Positions 1 to 10,528 of a stretch of DNA of 64,000 nt are shown in pieces. The position numbers and the translations under genes were made by a program. The notes beneath the pieces are model-generated. The model worked only from the letters and a program-made list of their open reading frames with translations. It searched no databases and had not been told where the DNA came from. How positions within the stretch are numbered: position 1 is the stretch's first letter; every line of letters starts with the position of its first letter. The DNA comes from Sulfurimonadaceae bacterium (GTDB taxonomy: Bacteria; Campylobacterota; Campylobacteria; Campylobacterales; Sulfurimonadaceae): positions 4,581-68,580 of the forward strand of contig JBFFUI010000008.1 in assembly GCA_041571435.1 (NCBI GenBank), given 5' to 3'.

Positions 1-786
1 AATCTCACTTTTTTCCAGTGAGTCGATCTCATCATAGATCGCTTTGATCCGCTCGCTTGTACGTGCTTCATAGAACCTTCCGCCTGTCTCCTGAGCGATC
101 TTTTCCAGGACAGCGGGGCTATAATCACCTCTGCCACCGACACCGATGACATAGACTTTGATAGCGTACTTCTTTGCCGTCTTGATTGCAACATCGAGCG
201 GGATCGTCCCCGCATTGTCAATACCGTCCGTCAATAAGATAGCGACCTTCTCTTTTGAGCTGGAATCTTTAAACAGTTTGGCGCTCATAAAGAGTGCTTC
301 GTAGAGTGACGTACGCTGTTTCCCGGCAACACCGACCCCGATCTTCTGCAGAAGCTCACTGATACTCTTTTTGTCATAGGTCAGCGGAACAGCCACATAG
401 GCAAAGTCGGCAAAGATGGTCAGCCCCAATTTATCGTGTTCACGCTTTTTCAAAAAATCCAAGACAATCTCTTTGACGATCTCAAACTTGTTGAACTGCT
501 CCATCGAACCGCTGGCATCCAGCAGCAGCGAGATCTCATACCCTTTGTCGTTCTGTACAACGATCTCATCTTCTTCAATCGGACTTGCAAGCGCCGTGAT
601 CAGCAGTAAGATTACAAGGAACTTCAGTGTGTTCATCAGAAGGCTCTGCTTCTGCGCTACCTTTTTTAACATCGGCAGGTTTGGCAGGATCAGCTGCTGA
701 CGTTTTGCTTTGCAAAAGCGCTCACAGACAAAAAAGAGCACCACCAAAACAAAAAGGAAGGGGTATTCAAAGACAATATTACCCAC
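1..786 (-). CDS. vWA domain protein (BatA-like), 3' end runs off the window
   Basis: Not in the ORF track. Manual translation from GTG at 786: MGNIVFEYPFLFVL...YEISLLLDASGSMEQ (MIDAS DxSxS)...LGLTIFADFAYVAVPLTYD. Overlaps the stop of the upstream gene. Confidence 0.85.
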   Translation of the reverse strand, partial: MGNIVFEYPFLFVLVVLFFVCERFCKAKRQQLILPNLPMLKKVAQKQSLLMNTLKFLVILLLITALASPIEEDEIVVQNDKGYEISLLLDASGSMEQFNKFEIVKEIVLDFLKKREHDKLGLTIFADFAYVAVPLTYDKKSISELLQKIGVGVAGKQRTSLYEALFMSAKLFKDSSSKEKVAILLTDGIDNAGTIPLDVAIKTAKKYAIKVYVIGVGGRGDYSPAVLEKIAQETGGRFYEARTSERIKAIYDEIDSLEKSEI

Positions 787-1162
787 GGACTGCCTCCTTG
801 ATAAACGTCTCCATCCTGCTTTTCAATGCAGCATCAAGCTCTGGCACCTCTTTTTTGAACTTGTACCTCTCCAACGCTTCCAGAATCTGCTCCAGCTCTC
901 GGCGCTGATCGTCGTTGACAGCATAGTGTGCCAGATGGGAGAAGGCATAGGCACTCTCTTTTGCATCACCGAACTCAAACTTTTCAAGCAGTGCCATCGC
1001 CAGTTTTTTCTGTGTCATCGGCTCTTTTTTGGTCAGATACTTGTACAAAAGTACCGCCAAAAGCAGCACAGCGACAAGCAAGAGACCCGTAATTCCTAAA
1101 AGATAATAGAATGAATAGTCTGTCACCTCGACAAGCCCTTTAATATCGCGCAGCTCTTCCAT
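779..1162 (-). CDS. DUF4381-like single-TM protein of moxR/bat operon
   Basis: LRDIK motif followed by one TM helix; lies between the DUF58 and vWA genes. Confidence 0.65.
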   Translation of the reverse strand: MEELRDIKGLVEVTDYSFYYLLGITGLLLVAVLLLAVLLYKYLTKKEPMTQKKLAMALLEKFEFGDAKESAYAFSHLAHYAVNDDQRRELEQILEALERYKFKKEVPELDAALKSRMETFIKEAVRG

Positions 1163-1164
1163 AA

Positions 1165-1995
1165 TTAATGCCTAAACAGTGTGGAGAGCTTGACAAACGG
1201 CTCTTCATCGGTATAAATTTTTGTGTATCGGATACGGTGCTGGTCAAAATGCATCACCAGTTTCTTGTCATGCAACGCTATACTCTTTTTATACGCGTTC
1301 AGGATCTTTGGCGAGAGCATGAACTCTTCGTTCTTCATCGTGTTGGGATCGATCAGGTCCATCTCGCCAAAGAGCTTCGGTTCCTCTTCAAAACGGTCGC
1401 GTACCATCACGGCAAAGACCTCATGTTTGTTCAACAGCGAGAGGTCAAGGTCACCGTAAAAATCGCCAATGACAAAAATAAGTGATTTTCGTTTTATCCG
1501 TTCGTTGACATACTGTACAAAAGCAGTAAAATCACTCTCTTTTTCCAGCGGATCAAGGCTGAGTGCTTTCTCCAGTGTGATGTGGAGTGAACCCATCTTC
1601 TTGGTCGGCGGCATAAAGAACTCCTCTCTGTCCGAGAAGAACAGTGTACTCAAACGGTCATCGTTCTTAATGCTCGAATAAGAGAGGAGGGCCAGGATCT
1701 CTGCCATCAGCTCCTGCTTAAAACGTTTCGTACCGAAATAGATGCTGCCGCTGACCATAAAAGCGACCACGATGTTGAGTTCGCGCTCTTCATTAAAGAG
1801 ATTGACAAAAGGACGTCCCGACTTTGCGGTGACCTTCCAGTTGATCTTGCGGACATCATCGCCGATCTCATACTCTCGTAACTCTTTAAAGTCGAGCCCA
1901 TTGCCTGAAAAAAGTGATGGTGAACCACCCGCATTCTGACCAAAGATGTTACGTCGGGTCTTGATGAGGATCTCTTCGGTTTTATCGAGGAACAA
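1165..1995 (-). CDS. DUF58 family protein (MoxR-associated)
   Basis: GxGLDFKELREYxxGDDVRKINWKVTAK and EEREL motifs. Confidence 0.9.
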   Translation of the reverse strand: MFLDKTEEILIKTRRNIFGQNAGGSPSLFSGNGLDFKELREYEIGDDVRKINWKVTAKSGRPFVNLFNEERELNIVVAFMVSGSIYFGTKRFKQELMAEILALLSYSSIKNDDRLSTLFFSDREEFFMPPTKKMGSLHITLEKALSLDPLEKESDFTAFVQYVNERIKRKSLIFVIGDFYGDLDLSLLNKHEVFAVMVRDRFEEEPKLFGEMDLIDPNTMKNEEFMLSPKILNAYKKSIALHDKKLVMHFDQHRIRYTKIYTDEEPFVKLSTLFRH

Positions 1996-2004
1996 GCGCT
2001 CTCC

Positions 2005-2952
2005 CTACGGCAGTTTAATGGTTTGAAGGATCTTTGTCACAATATCATCAGCGCGTACACCGGCTGCCTCCGCCTTGTAGTTCAGGATAATACGGTGACG
2101 CAACACACCATGCACCACATCGGCGATATCCAGCGGTGTGACAAAGTCATTGCCGCGGATGTACGCTATGGCTTTGGCCGCTTTATAAAGGTTGATCGAC
2201 GCACGCGGGCTTGCCCCGTATTCAAGGTACTCCGCAATACCGTTCACCCCGTACTTCTCAGGCTCGCGTGTCGCATAGATAAGTTTGACGATATAGGCCG
2301 TGACCGCGTCATCAATATGCACCGTTTCAACATCCTCTCGCATGGCAATGATGTCGGAAGCATCGGCCACCTTCTCAATGACGCCGAAGTTACGGTTGGC
2401 CACGCGGTTGACGATCTCGATCTCTTCGTCAAAACTGTTGTAGTCGACATTGACCTTCATCATAAAGCGGTCAAGCTGCGCTTCCGGGAGTTGGTATGCC
2501 CCTTCCTGTTCGACGGGGTTCTGTGTCGCCAGTACCAAAAACGGTTCATCCAGTCTGAAGCTCTCTTCTGCGATCGTGATCTGTTTCTCCTGCATCACCT
2601 CCAGAAGTGCAGACTGCACTTTCGCCGGGGCACGATTGATCTCATCAGCCAATAGCAGGTTGGTAAATGCGGGACCGTGCTTGATCTTGAACGACCCCTC
2701 TTTCTGGTCATACATTTCGGTGCCGACAATGTCACTCGGCAGAAGGTCAGGTGTGAACTGTACCCGCTTAAAATCAAGCCCAAGGGCTTTTGCCAGTGCA
2801 TTGATCGCTGTCGTCTTTGCCAGACCCGGCACCCCCTCGACCAAAATGTGACCGTCGCTGATCAGTCCGATCAACATTGCATTGATCAGCTCTTCCTGGC
2901 CGACCATAACCTTTTTGACTTCATTTTTTATCGCATCTATCTTTGCTTTCAA
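2005..2952 (-). CDS. moxR: MoxR family AAA+ ATPase
   Basis: GHILVEGVPGLAKT, RVQFTPDLLPSD, LLADEINRAPAKVQSALLE, GASPR motifs. Confidence 0.95.
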   Translation of the reverse strand: MKAKIDAIKNEVKKVMVGQEELINAMLIGLISDGHILVEGVPGLAKTTAINALAKALGLDFKRVQFTPDLLPSDIVGTEMYDQKEGSFKIKHGPAFTNLLLADEINRAPAKVQSALLEVMQEKQITIAEESFRLDEPFLVLATQNPVEQEGAYQLPEAQLDRFMMKVNVDYNSFDEEIEIVNRVANRNFGVIEKVADASDIIAMREDVETVHIDDAVTAYIVKLIYATREPEKYGVNGIAEYLEYGASPRASINLYKAAKAIAYIRGNDFVTPLDIADVVHGVLRHRIILNYKAEAAGVRADDIVTKILQTIKLP

Positions 2953-3081
2953 AACAATCCTTTATGAGCTGCAGTGTAGGTGATTCACCGAAAGTTTGCA
3001 AAGATTATAATCCTGCATCACTAATATTCAGTAAACACTTATGTGGTGTATTTTGTACTAAAGTCCGATCTTGTGCGAAAG

Positions 3082-3495
3082 TTACATGCCCATCACGGTC
3101 ATAATGATTTCACGCGAACCGCCACGGTCACGATGTTCACCCAGATATATCCCCTGCCAGGTGCCGAGGTTAAGTCTGCCATGGGTCAAGGGTACGGTCA
3201 CCGAACTGCCCAGCAGTGATGCTTTAAGGTGCGCTGGCATATCATCACTGCCTTCATAAGTATGGATGAAATAGTGTTTGTCGTCACAGGTCGCATTCAT
3301 AAATGATTCCATGTCGGTTCGAACGGACGGATCAGCATTTTCATTGATGGTCAGTAGTGAAGCGCTGGTGTGTTTGATGAAGATATGGACGATGCCGTTA
3401 TGCAGATTGCACGATTGCAACGCTTTCTCGACCTCATCGGTTATCAGATGAAAACCACGTGGATAAGGTCTCAATTTTAGTGTTGTCTGGAACAC
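3082..3495 (-). CDS. yjbQ: YjbQ/UPF0047 family protein
   Basis: HTSASL, PAHLKASLLG, LGTWQGIYLGEHR. Start moved to GTG 3495, which has an SD-like GGGAGAGAGG upstream. Confidence 0.9.
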   Translation of the reverse strand: MFQTTLKLRPYPRGFHLITDEVEKALQSCNLHNGIVHIFIKHTSASLLTINENADPSVRTDMESFMNATCDDKHYFIHTYEGSDDMPAHLKASLLGSSVTVPLTHGRLNLGTWQGIYLGEHRDRGGSREIIMTVMGM

Positions 3496-3641
3496 GCCTC
3501 TCTCCCGTATATTGAATAGTTTATTGTAACCAACTCTGACGGGAACTTTCACGGTTGTTTAAACCTGAACATTATATGGATTCTTTCATAATAAACGCTG
3601 TTTTAGAAAGTATATAATAGAAAATAGTCAAAGGAGAATAA

Positions 3642-3737
3642 ATGGATCTCTCTATGTTCACTGAGCTCAATACATGGTTGTATCTATCACCGGTTATTGT
3701 CGTCATACTCTATTTTGCACTCTCTTTTTGGAAATGA
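3642..3737 (+). CDS. small 31-aa single-TM protein
   Basis: TATAAT at 3613, AAGGAG SD at 3631, ATG 3642: MDLSMFTELNTWLYLSPVIVVILYFALSFWK. Below the ORF-track cutoff. Confidence 0.65.
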   Translation: MDLSMFTELNTWLYLSPVIVVILYFALSFWK

Positions 3738-3848
3738 CAGGTCTAAAACTATGATAGTTTGATAACTTTTCCAAACTCTTAGTACCTCTATTTTTCACGT
3801 TTTTTTGGTAAAAACCAGTATCACTTTACATTCAGAACAGGTTGAATA

Positions 3849-4205
3849 ATGGCACAACAACTTTCAAAATTACATGTACGTTTTATTCAAATGCAAAAAC
3901 ATTTTGTTCTGCAGCGCAGTGCTGACAGTAATAATGAGACACTTCCCCTCCAACAACTTTATATCAAGAGCAATAGCAGTTTTTATTTAGCTAATTTCGC
4001 TGACGATATCGATGACGGTACGATCGTGCAGCTCTCTTTTAAAGAGAGCAATGACTATCTGTCATCGCTGAGATGCACGCTCAAAACAAAATGTATTGAA
4101 AGAGGAAGTGATGAATATAAAGAGGCTCTGCTCTTTTTTAATATGGATGCATCAGCTGTTAAACAGCTGCTTCTACTCACAATTGAGACGGTAGAGGCAA
4201 AATAG
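3849..4205 (+). CDS. hypothetical protein, weak resemblance to pyridoxamine 5'-phosphate oxidase-like split barrel
   Basis: RFIQMQKHF start and C-terminal LRC...EALLFF...KQLLLLTIETVE pattern recall PNPOx-like proteins; remote match only. Confidence 0.45.
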   Translation: MAQQLSKLHVRFIQMQKHFVLQRSADSNNETLPLQQLYIKSNSSFYLANFADDIDDGTIVQLSFKESNDYLSSLRCTLKTKCIERGSDEYKEALLFFNMDASAVKQLLLLTIETVEAK

Positions 4206-4291
4206 TGTACGGAGAACGTATTTGTATTGAAGTAGTAACGTTGAAGCAGCAGCCGGAACGCGCCCGGCTATCAAAGGGTAGCAGTAGATGC

Positions 4292-5470
4292 CTAGTGGCA
4301 GCCACATCCTGTTCCGCAGCTTTCGCCGCCGGAAGCCGGTTGCGTTTCTTGTTTCGGTGTAGCACCTGTTGAACACGCAGATACGCCCGGAGGTGTCGTC
4401 GGTTGGATCGATTGGTTGTCTACACCGCCCTCTTCGTTGATCTTCTCGATCGTTGCCCAGATCGATTCAGCGGCTATCATAAAGCGTTTCGCTGTCTCAG
4501 ATTCCGGCGCGAAGTAGGTAACCGGTTTACCGGCATCGCCACCGCTACGGACAGCGGGTTCGATAGGGATCTCCGCGATCACTTTTGTATCAAACTCTTC
4601 TGCCATCGGCTGTGTCGTACCTTTGCCGAAGATGTCATACTCAACACCGGTATCCGGCGCGATAAAGCCTGACATATTCTCAACGATACCCGCGATAGGG
4701 ATGTTCAGTTTTTTGAACATATCTAGTGAACGGCGGGAGTCATCCAGAGAGACAGTCTGCGGTGTAGTAACCGTAACACCAGCAGTAACCGGTACGGACT
4801 GTGCAAGCGTAAGCTGTGCGTCACCCGTTCCTGGAGGCATATCGATAACTAGACAGTCGAGTTCAGACCAGAGGATGTCACGCAGGAACTGCTCGATCGC
4901 TTTCATGATCATTGAACCGCGCCAGATCAGTGACTGACCCTCTTCCATCAATGAACCCATTGACATCATCTCTACACCGTAGGCCTGGATAGGAAGAACT
5001 TTGTTACCGTTGACTTCCGGTTTGACATTCTCTACACCCATCATACGAGGGACGTTCGGCCCGTAGATATCGGCATCGAGAAGACCAACCTTCTTACCCT
5101 GCATTGCAAGGGCGATAGCCAGGTTGACAGATGTCGTTGATTTACCGACCCCGCCTTTACCCGAGCTGACCATGATAAAGTTCTTGACCTGCGGTGCGAT
5201 ATTTTTACCCTTTGAAGAGCTCTCGCGAGGCATCTTAGGCGCTTGAATGTTAACTGCAACATCTGCTGCACCTTCACGTTTAAGGGCTTCCGTCGCTTCG
5301 ACAGTAATCTGATGTGCCACTTCCGGTGCACTTGATGTGATCTCGACAGTGAAACTGACGTCTTCACCGTTTACTTGAATATCTTTAACAAAACCGAATG
5401 TAACGATATCTTTGCTGAAACCCGGGTAGATAACAGTTGCTAAAGCTGATTTTACTTTTTCTTCAGTCAT
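4292..5470 (-). CDS. mrp: Mrp/ApbC/NBP35 family ATPase (Fe-S carrier family) with N-terminal DUF59 domain
   Basis: SGKGGVGKST, DADIYGPN, DMPPGTGD, VENMS motifs; Cys-rich tail. Confidence 0.92.
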   Translation of the reverse strand: MTEEKVKSALATVIYPGFSKDIVTFGFVKDIQVNGEDVSFTVEITSSAPEVAHQITVEATEALKREGAADVAVNIQAPKMPRESSSKGKNIAPQVKNFIMVSSGKGGVGKSTTSVNLAIALAMQGKKVGLLDADIYGPNVPRMMGVENVKPEVNGNKVLPIQAYGVEMMSMGSLMEEGQSLIWRGSMIMKAIEQFLRDILWSELDCLVIDMPPGTGDAQLTLAQSVPVTAGVTVTTPQTVSLDDSRRSLDMFKKLNIPIAGIVENMSGFIAPDTGVEYDIFGKGTTQPMAEEFDTKVIAEIPIEPAVRSGGDAGKPVTYFAPESETAKRFMIAAESIWATIEKINEEGGVDNQSIQPTTPPGVSACSTGATPKQETQPASGGESCGTGCGCH

Positions 5471-5540
5471 AAATTCTCCTATAGATTTTTTACTATTAAA
5501 ATTCTAGCGCAATACAATTAAGATAAATATTGTCTTATTT

Positions 5541-5569
5541 AAAAGCGGACTTCTTTTAAGTTCACTTTT
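5541..5569 (-). terminator. probable intrinsic terminator after thiC
   Basis: Imperfect inverted repeat aaaagcggactt...aagttcactttt just past the thiC stop. Confidence 0.5.
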
Positions 5570-5583
5570 ACATAGCGCAAGTG

Positions 5584-6966
<1,383 letters not shown>

Positions 6967-7283
6967 CTATTCTCCTGTGATGGCAGCAACGACATCGTCG
7001 CAACTTACCATCAAATAATAATCGTAATATAGTCGGTAAGACTGAAATAGCCTCACTACTCTATAAGTAAGGCAAAAAGTTTCAACTCTACTTAATTTTG
7101 CAATACTCTTTATTTTAGCGATGACATTATAATCTAGCGTTCCTCTATATAAGATATAACCATCTTCACCCTTTTTCCTCTCAATTATGAGTTACAAATT
7201 GTTACTAATATAAAAACCAAAAGATAAAAGAAAGCTTTTGACGTGTATAATTTCGTAACAGTTTCTAAGGAACAGGAGTCTTT

Positions 7284-8405
7284 TTGTCTGAAATAACGCT
7301 TATCTTGTTAGCTGCTGGGAGTTCCAGTCGCTTTGGACTGCCTGTTAAGAAGCAGTGGCTCCGTATAGACCATGATCCCTTGTGGCTATTTGTCGCAAAT
7401 CAATTCCAACAAACTGCGTTATTTAGTAACATCATCGTCACTGCACATAAAGAAGAGGTGCCTTTTATGGAAGGGTTCTGCGACTATAAAGTCGTAGAAG
7501 GCGGTGAGACACGTCAGCAGTCACTGAAGAATGCACTTGAAACGGTCACGACGCCCTATGTGCTTGTCAGTGATATCGCTCGCGCCTGTATCGACAAAGC
7601 GTTGATAGAGACGCTGATCGATGCCAAAAAAGTTGCCGATGTGCTTGTTCCGGCTCTGAGTGTGCAAGACACCGTCGTCTATGACAGCAGTACCATTGAC
7701 CGCGATCTTGTCAAACGCATTCAGACACCGCAGCTCTCAAAGACAGCCGTCTTGAAAAAAGCGCTTCAGACCGATACCGAGTTCACGGATGAAAGTTCGG
7801 CTGTTATAGCGAACGGCGGGTCACGCTACTTCATCGAGGGCTCCGAAGATGCCCACAAAATAACCTTCGCCCATGATCTGACAAAACTTCCGTGTATCAA
7901 AGCGCCCTCCTCTTCAACACTTGTCGGAAGCGGTTTTGATGTACACGCTTTTGAAGCCGGGCGAGAGATGGTGCTTGGCGGGGTCAAAATCGATACTGAT
8001 TATGGTTTTAAAGCCCACAGTGACGGCGATGTCGCTATTCATGCCCTTATTGATGCCCTGTTAGGCGCCGCCGGACTGGGCGACATCGGCATGCTCTTTC
8101 CGGACAGTGACGACACCTACAAAGGCATCGATTCAAAAGAGCTTCTCCGTACGACCGTGCTTCGACTACACCAGTTTGGGCTTATTGTGGTCAATGCTGA
8201 CATTACCATCGCCGCAGAGGCACCTAAACTCAGTAAATATAAAAACGAGATGCGAACAACCTTGGCGCAGATTTTGCAGGTACCGACTTCGCGTATGAAT
8301 GTCAAAGCGACAACAACAGAAAAACTTGGCTTTATAGGCCGTAAAGAAGGCGTCGGCGTTATGGCCAGCGCGACATTAAACTACTATGATTGGACACAGA
8401 AATAA
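7284..8405 (+). CDS. ispDF: bifunctional IspD/IspF
   Basis: N-terminal LAAGSSSRF..KQ cytidylyltransferase motif; C-terminal GFDVHAF, HSDGDVAIHA, KATTTE motifs. Confidence 0.97.
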   Translation: MSEITLILLAAGSSSRFGLPVKKQWLRIDHDPLWLFVANQFQQTALFSNIIVTAHKEEVPFMEGFCDYKVVEGGETRQQSLKNALETVTTPYVLVSDIARACIDKALIETLIDAKKVADVLVPALSVQDTVVYDSSTIDRDLVKRIQTPQLSKTAVLKKALQTDTEFTDESSAVIANGGSRYFIEGSEDAHKITFAHDLTKLPCIKAPSSSTLVGSGFDVHAFEAGREMVLGGVKIDTDYGFKAHSDGDVAIHALIDALLGAAGLGDIGMLFPDSDDTYKGIDSKELLRTTVLRLHQFGLIVVNADITIAAEAPKLSKYKNEMRTTLAQILQVPTSRMNVKATTTEKLGFIGRKEGVGVMASATLNYYDWTQK

Positions 8406-9296
8406 ATGCGTATATTAATTATTGAAAATGAGATCTATTTGGCACAGAGTATCGCTGCAAAACTGAGCGAACTGGGTCACACTTGCGACATGAGTTCATC
8501 GACGCAAGACGCACTTAAGCGTATCCCTTACGATGTCATTCTCCTTTCAACAAACATCAATGACCAGGACATCTACCCTGTCATCGATGCCTATAAAGAT
8601 GCCGTTGTCATATTGATGGTCTCTTACATCTCCAATGACACTGTCTCGAAGCCGTTAAGTGCGGGTGCCAAAGATTACATCTTGAAGCCGTTTATGATCG
8701 AAGAGCTTATCCGCAAGATCGAACATTTCCAGGACTATGAGCGCCTTAAACGCCAGAATGCCACCTACCAGCGTTATCTAAAGCATGTTTTCAACGGCAT
8801 CAACATTGACGAAAACCTTGAAGATATTGAGGTCCCTATCTTTATCTCCAGCAACTTTCAAAAATACACCGATGCTTTTGCTTTCTCCTACGCTGAGATC
8901 CACAATAAGACTCTCCATTTCGTCTCACTGGCGAACAGCGACGCCTTCAGTGAGATCGAAAAACTTTCTGCAAGCACTTTGATCTACGCCAATGATTTTC
9001 AAGCCGTCAAAAAAGCGGATAAAAAAGCATTTTTTGAGCTGATCGAAGGGCGCGAAGCGATCATTTCAAGTACCGACAGTATCGATGAGGATATGGATTA
9101 CACTGTAGTTGAGATAAAAAGTGACAACAACGTCTTTGAACAGGGCGATATTCTCCCTATCGAAGACTATGTCAAATATATTGTGTTAAATTATCAACAC
9201 AAGTTCCCTGATACTGAGCTCTCCAAGAAGCTAGGGATATCTCGTAAAAGTCTCTGGGAGAAAAGAAAAAAATATGGCATCATCAAGAAAAAATAA
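8406..9296 (+). CDS. atypical response regulator (REC + Fis-type HTH)
   Basis: N-terminal receiver fold (ILIIEN...DYILKPF); C-terminal DTELSKKLGISRKSLWEK HTH. Confidence 0.8.
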   Translation: MRILIIENEIYLAQSIAAKLSELGHTCDMSSSTQDALKRIPYDVILLSTNINDQDIYPVIDAYKDAVVILMVSYISNDTVSKPLSAGAKDYILKPFMIEELIRKIEHFQDYERLKRQNATYQRYLKHVFNGINIDENLEDIEVPIFISSNFQKYTDAFAFSYAEIHNKTLHFVSLANSDAFSEIEKLSASTLIYANDFQAVKKADKKAFFELIEGREAIISSTDSIDEDMDYTVVEIKSDNNVFEQGDILPIEDYVKYIVLNYQHKFPDTELSKKLGISRKSLWEKRKKYGIIKKK

Positions 9297-10464
9297 CACC
9301 CTCTATATTGATCAGGAAGCCCTCTCCGCACTTGCTTTATTAAAAGCGGGTCTGCTCTACCCCGTCACCTCCCTAATGAACAAAAAGCAGACGATGGACG
9401 TCCTGGAGACAGGCACGTACAACAAGAAGATATTCCCTTTCCCTCTCATCCTGGCACCAAGCGGCAAGATAAACGAAGAGGTTCTAGCCGAGGCTGAGAC
9501 CGGTGACAGACTCACCCTTGTCTCTGAAGATGTGGAGGTCGGCCACCTTATCGTCGAAGAGGTCTTTGAGATCAACCCGAAAGAGCGTGTCCGCCAGATC
9601 TACGGAACAGACAACCTTGAACATCCCGGTGTCAAAGCGACCTATTCGAGGCTGGGTAATACGGCCGTTAGCGGTGATTTCGAGATCGACCTTTCGACGA
9701 TAACGCAGCGCAAAAAAGATATCGAAACAGCCAAACAGCGTATAGGCGCACAGCATGTCACCGCTATTATGATGGGGGCCAACCCTCTGCACCGTGCACA
9801 TGAACGACTTATCCGTCAGGCTTTGGATAAAACTGACCTTGTTGTCATCTTTTTACTAAAGCCCTTTAACAGTACCGATCTGCAGTTTGATCTGCGCAGC
9901 GAAACACTGACCTATTTTGTGCAGAACTTTTTACCGACAAACCGCGTTATCGTCGTACCATTGGAGAACAGCTACATCTTTGCCGGCTATAACGAAGTGA
10001 TCATCGATTCTATTGTTGCCAAAAACTTTGGGTGCAATCGCTTGACAATCGGTCAGAACCATGCCGGTGTCGGTATGTACTATGATCAGAATACAAACAA
10101 ATCGATCATTGACAAATTGACAGGACTCGACATTGAAGTCGATATCGCTTCTGAATATGTCTACTGCAATGTCTGCAAGACACTTGTCAGTACCAAAACC
10201 TGCCCGCATGGTCAGCACCACCATATCTCATATCATTCAGACTCTATCCTTGAACTCATCAAACTGGGTCTCTTGCCACCTGCGGTCTTGATGCGAAAAG
10301 AGATCGCAGCCATCATACTGTCACATCTCTTTCCGGATCGTTTTAAAAACCTTGAGAAGCTCTACTACGACATCATGCCGGTAACCGGTCTACTCGAAGA
10401 GCATACCGAGAAAGATTTTTATATAGAGTTGATGAAGCTCTATCAGACCACCTCTCTAACGTAA
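9274..10464 (+). CDS. ATP-sulfurylase (Sat)-like nucleotidyltransferase
   Basis: PUA-like N-terminus, NPLHRAHE, IGQNHAG, Cys cluster CNVC...CPH; several canonical residues differ. Confidence 0.8.
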   Translation: MASSRKNNTLYIDQEALSALALLKAGLLYPVTSLMNKKQTMDVLETGTYNKKIFPFPLILAPSGKINEEVLAEAETGDRLTLVSEDVEVGHLIVEEVFEINPKERVRQIYGTDNLEHPGVKATYSRLGNTAVSGDFEIDLSTITQRKKDIETAKQRIGAQHVTAIMMGANPLHRAHERLIRQALDKTDLVVIFLLKPFNSTDLQFDLRSETLTYFVQNFLPTNRVIVVPLENSYIFAGYNEVIIDSIVAKNFGCNRLTIGQNHAGVGMYYDQNTNKSIIDKLTGLDIEVDIASEYVYCNVCKTLVSTKTCPHGQHHHISYHSDSILELIKLGLLPPAVLMRKEIAAIILSHLFPDRFKNLEKLYYDIMPVTGLLEEHTEKDFYIELMKLYQTTSLT

Positions 10465-10528
10465 TTGCCGTCAAGAGAGCAGAAGCTGATTTTCACATAG
10501 TGAACTGCTTGCACCATAAAGGACAATA

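Noticed and set aside
3743-3775. AAACTA-TGA-TAGTTT palindrome as a dif-like site
   Set aside because: Short AT-rich palindrome; I could not match it confidently to the epsilonproteobacterial dif consensus.
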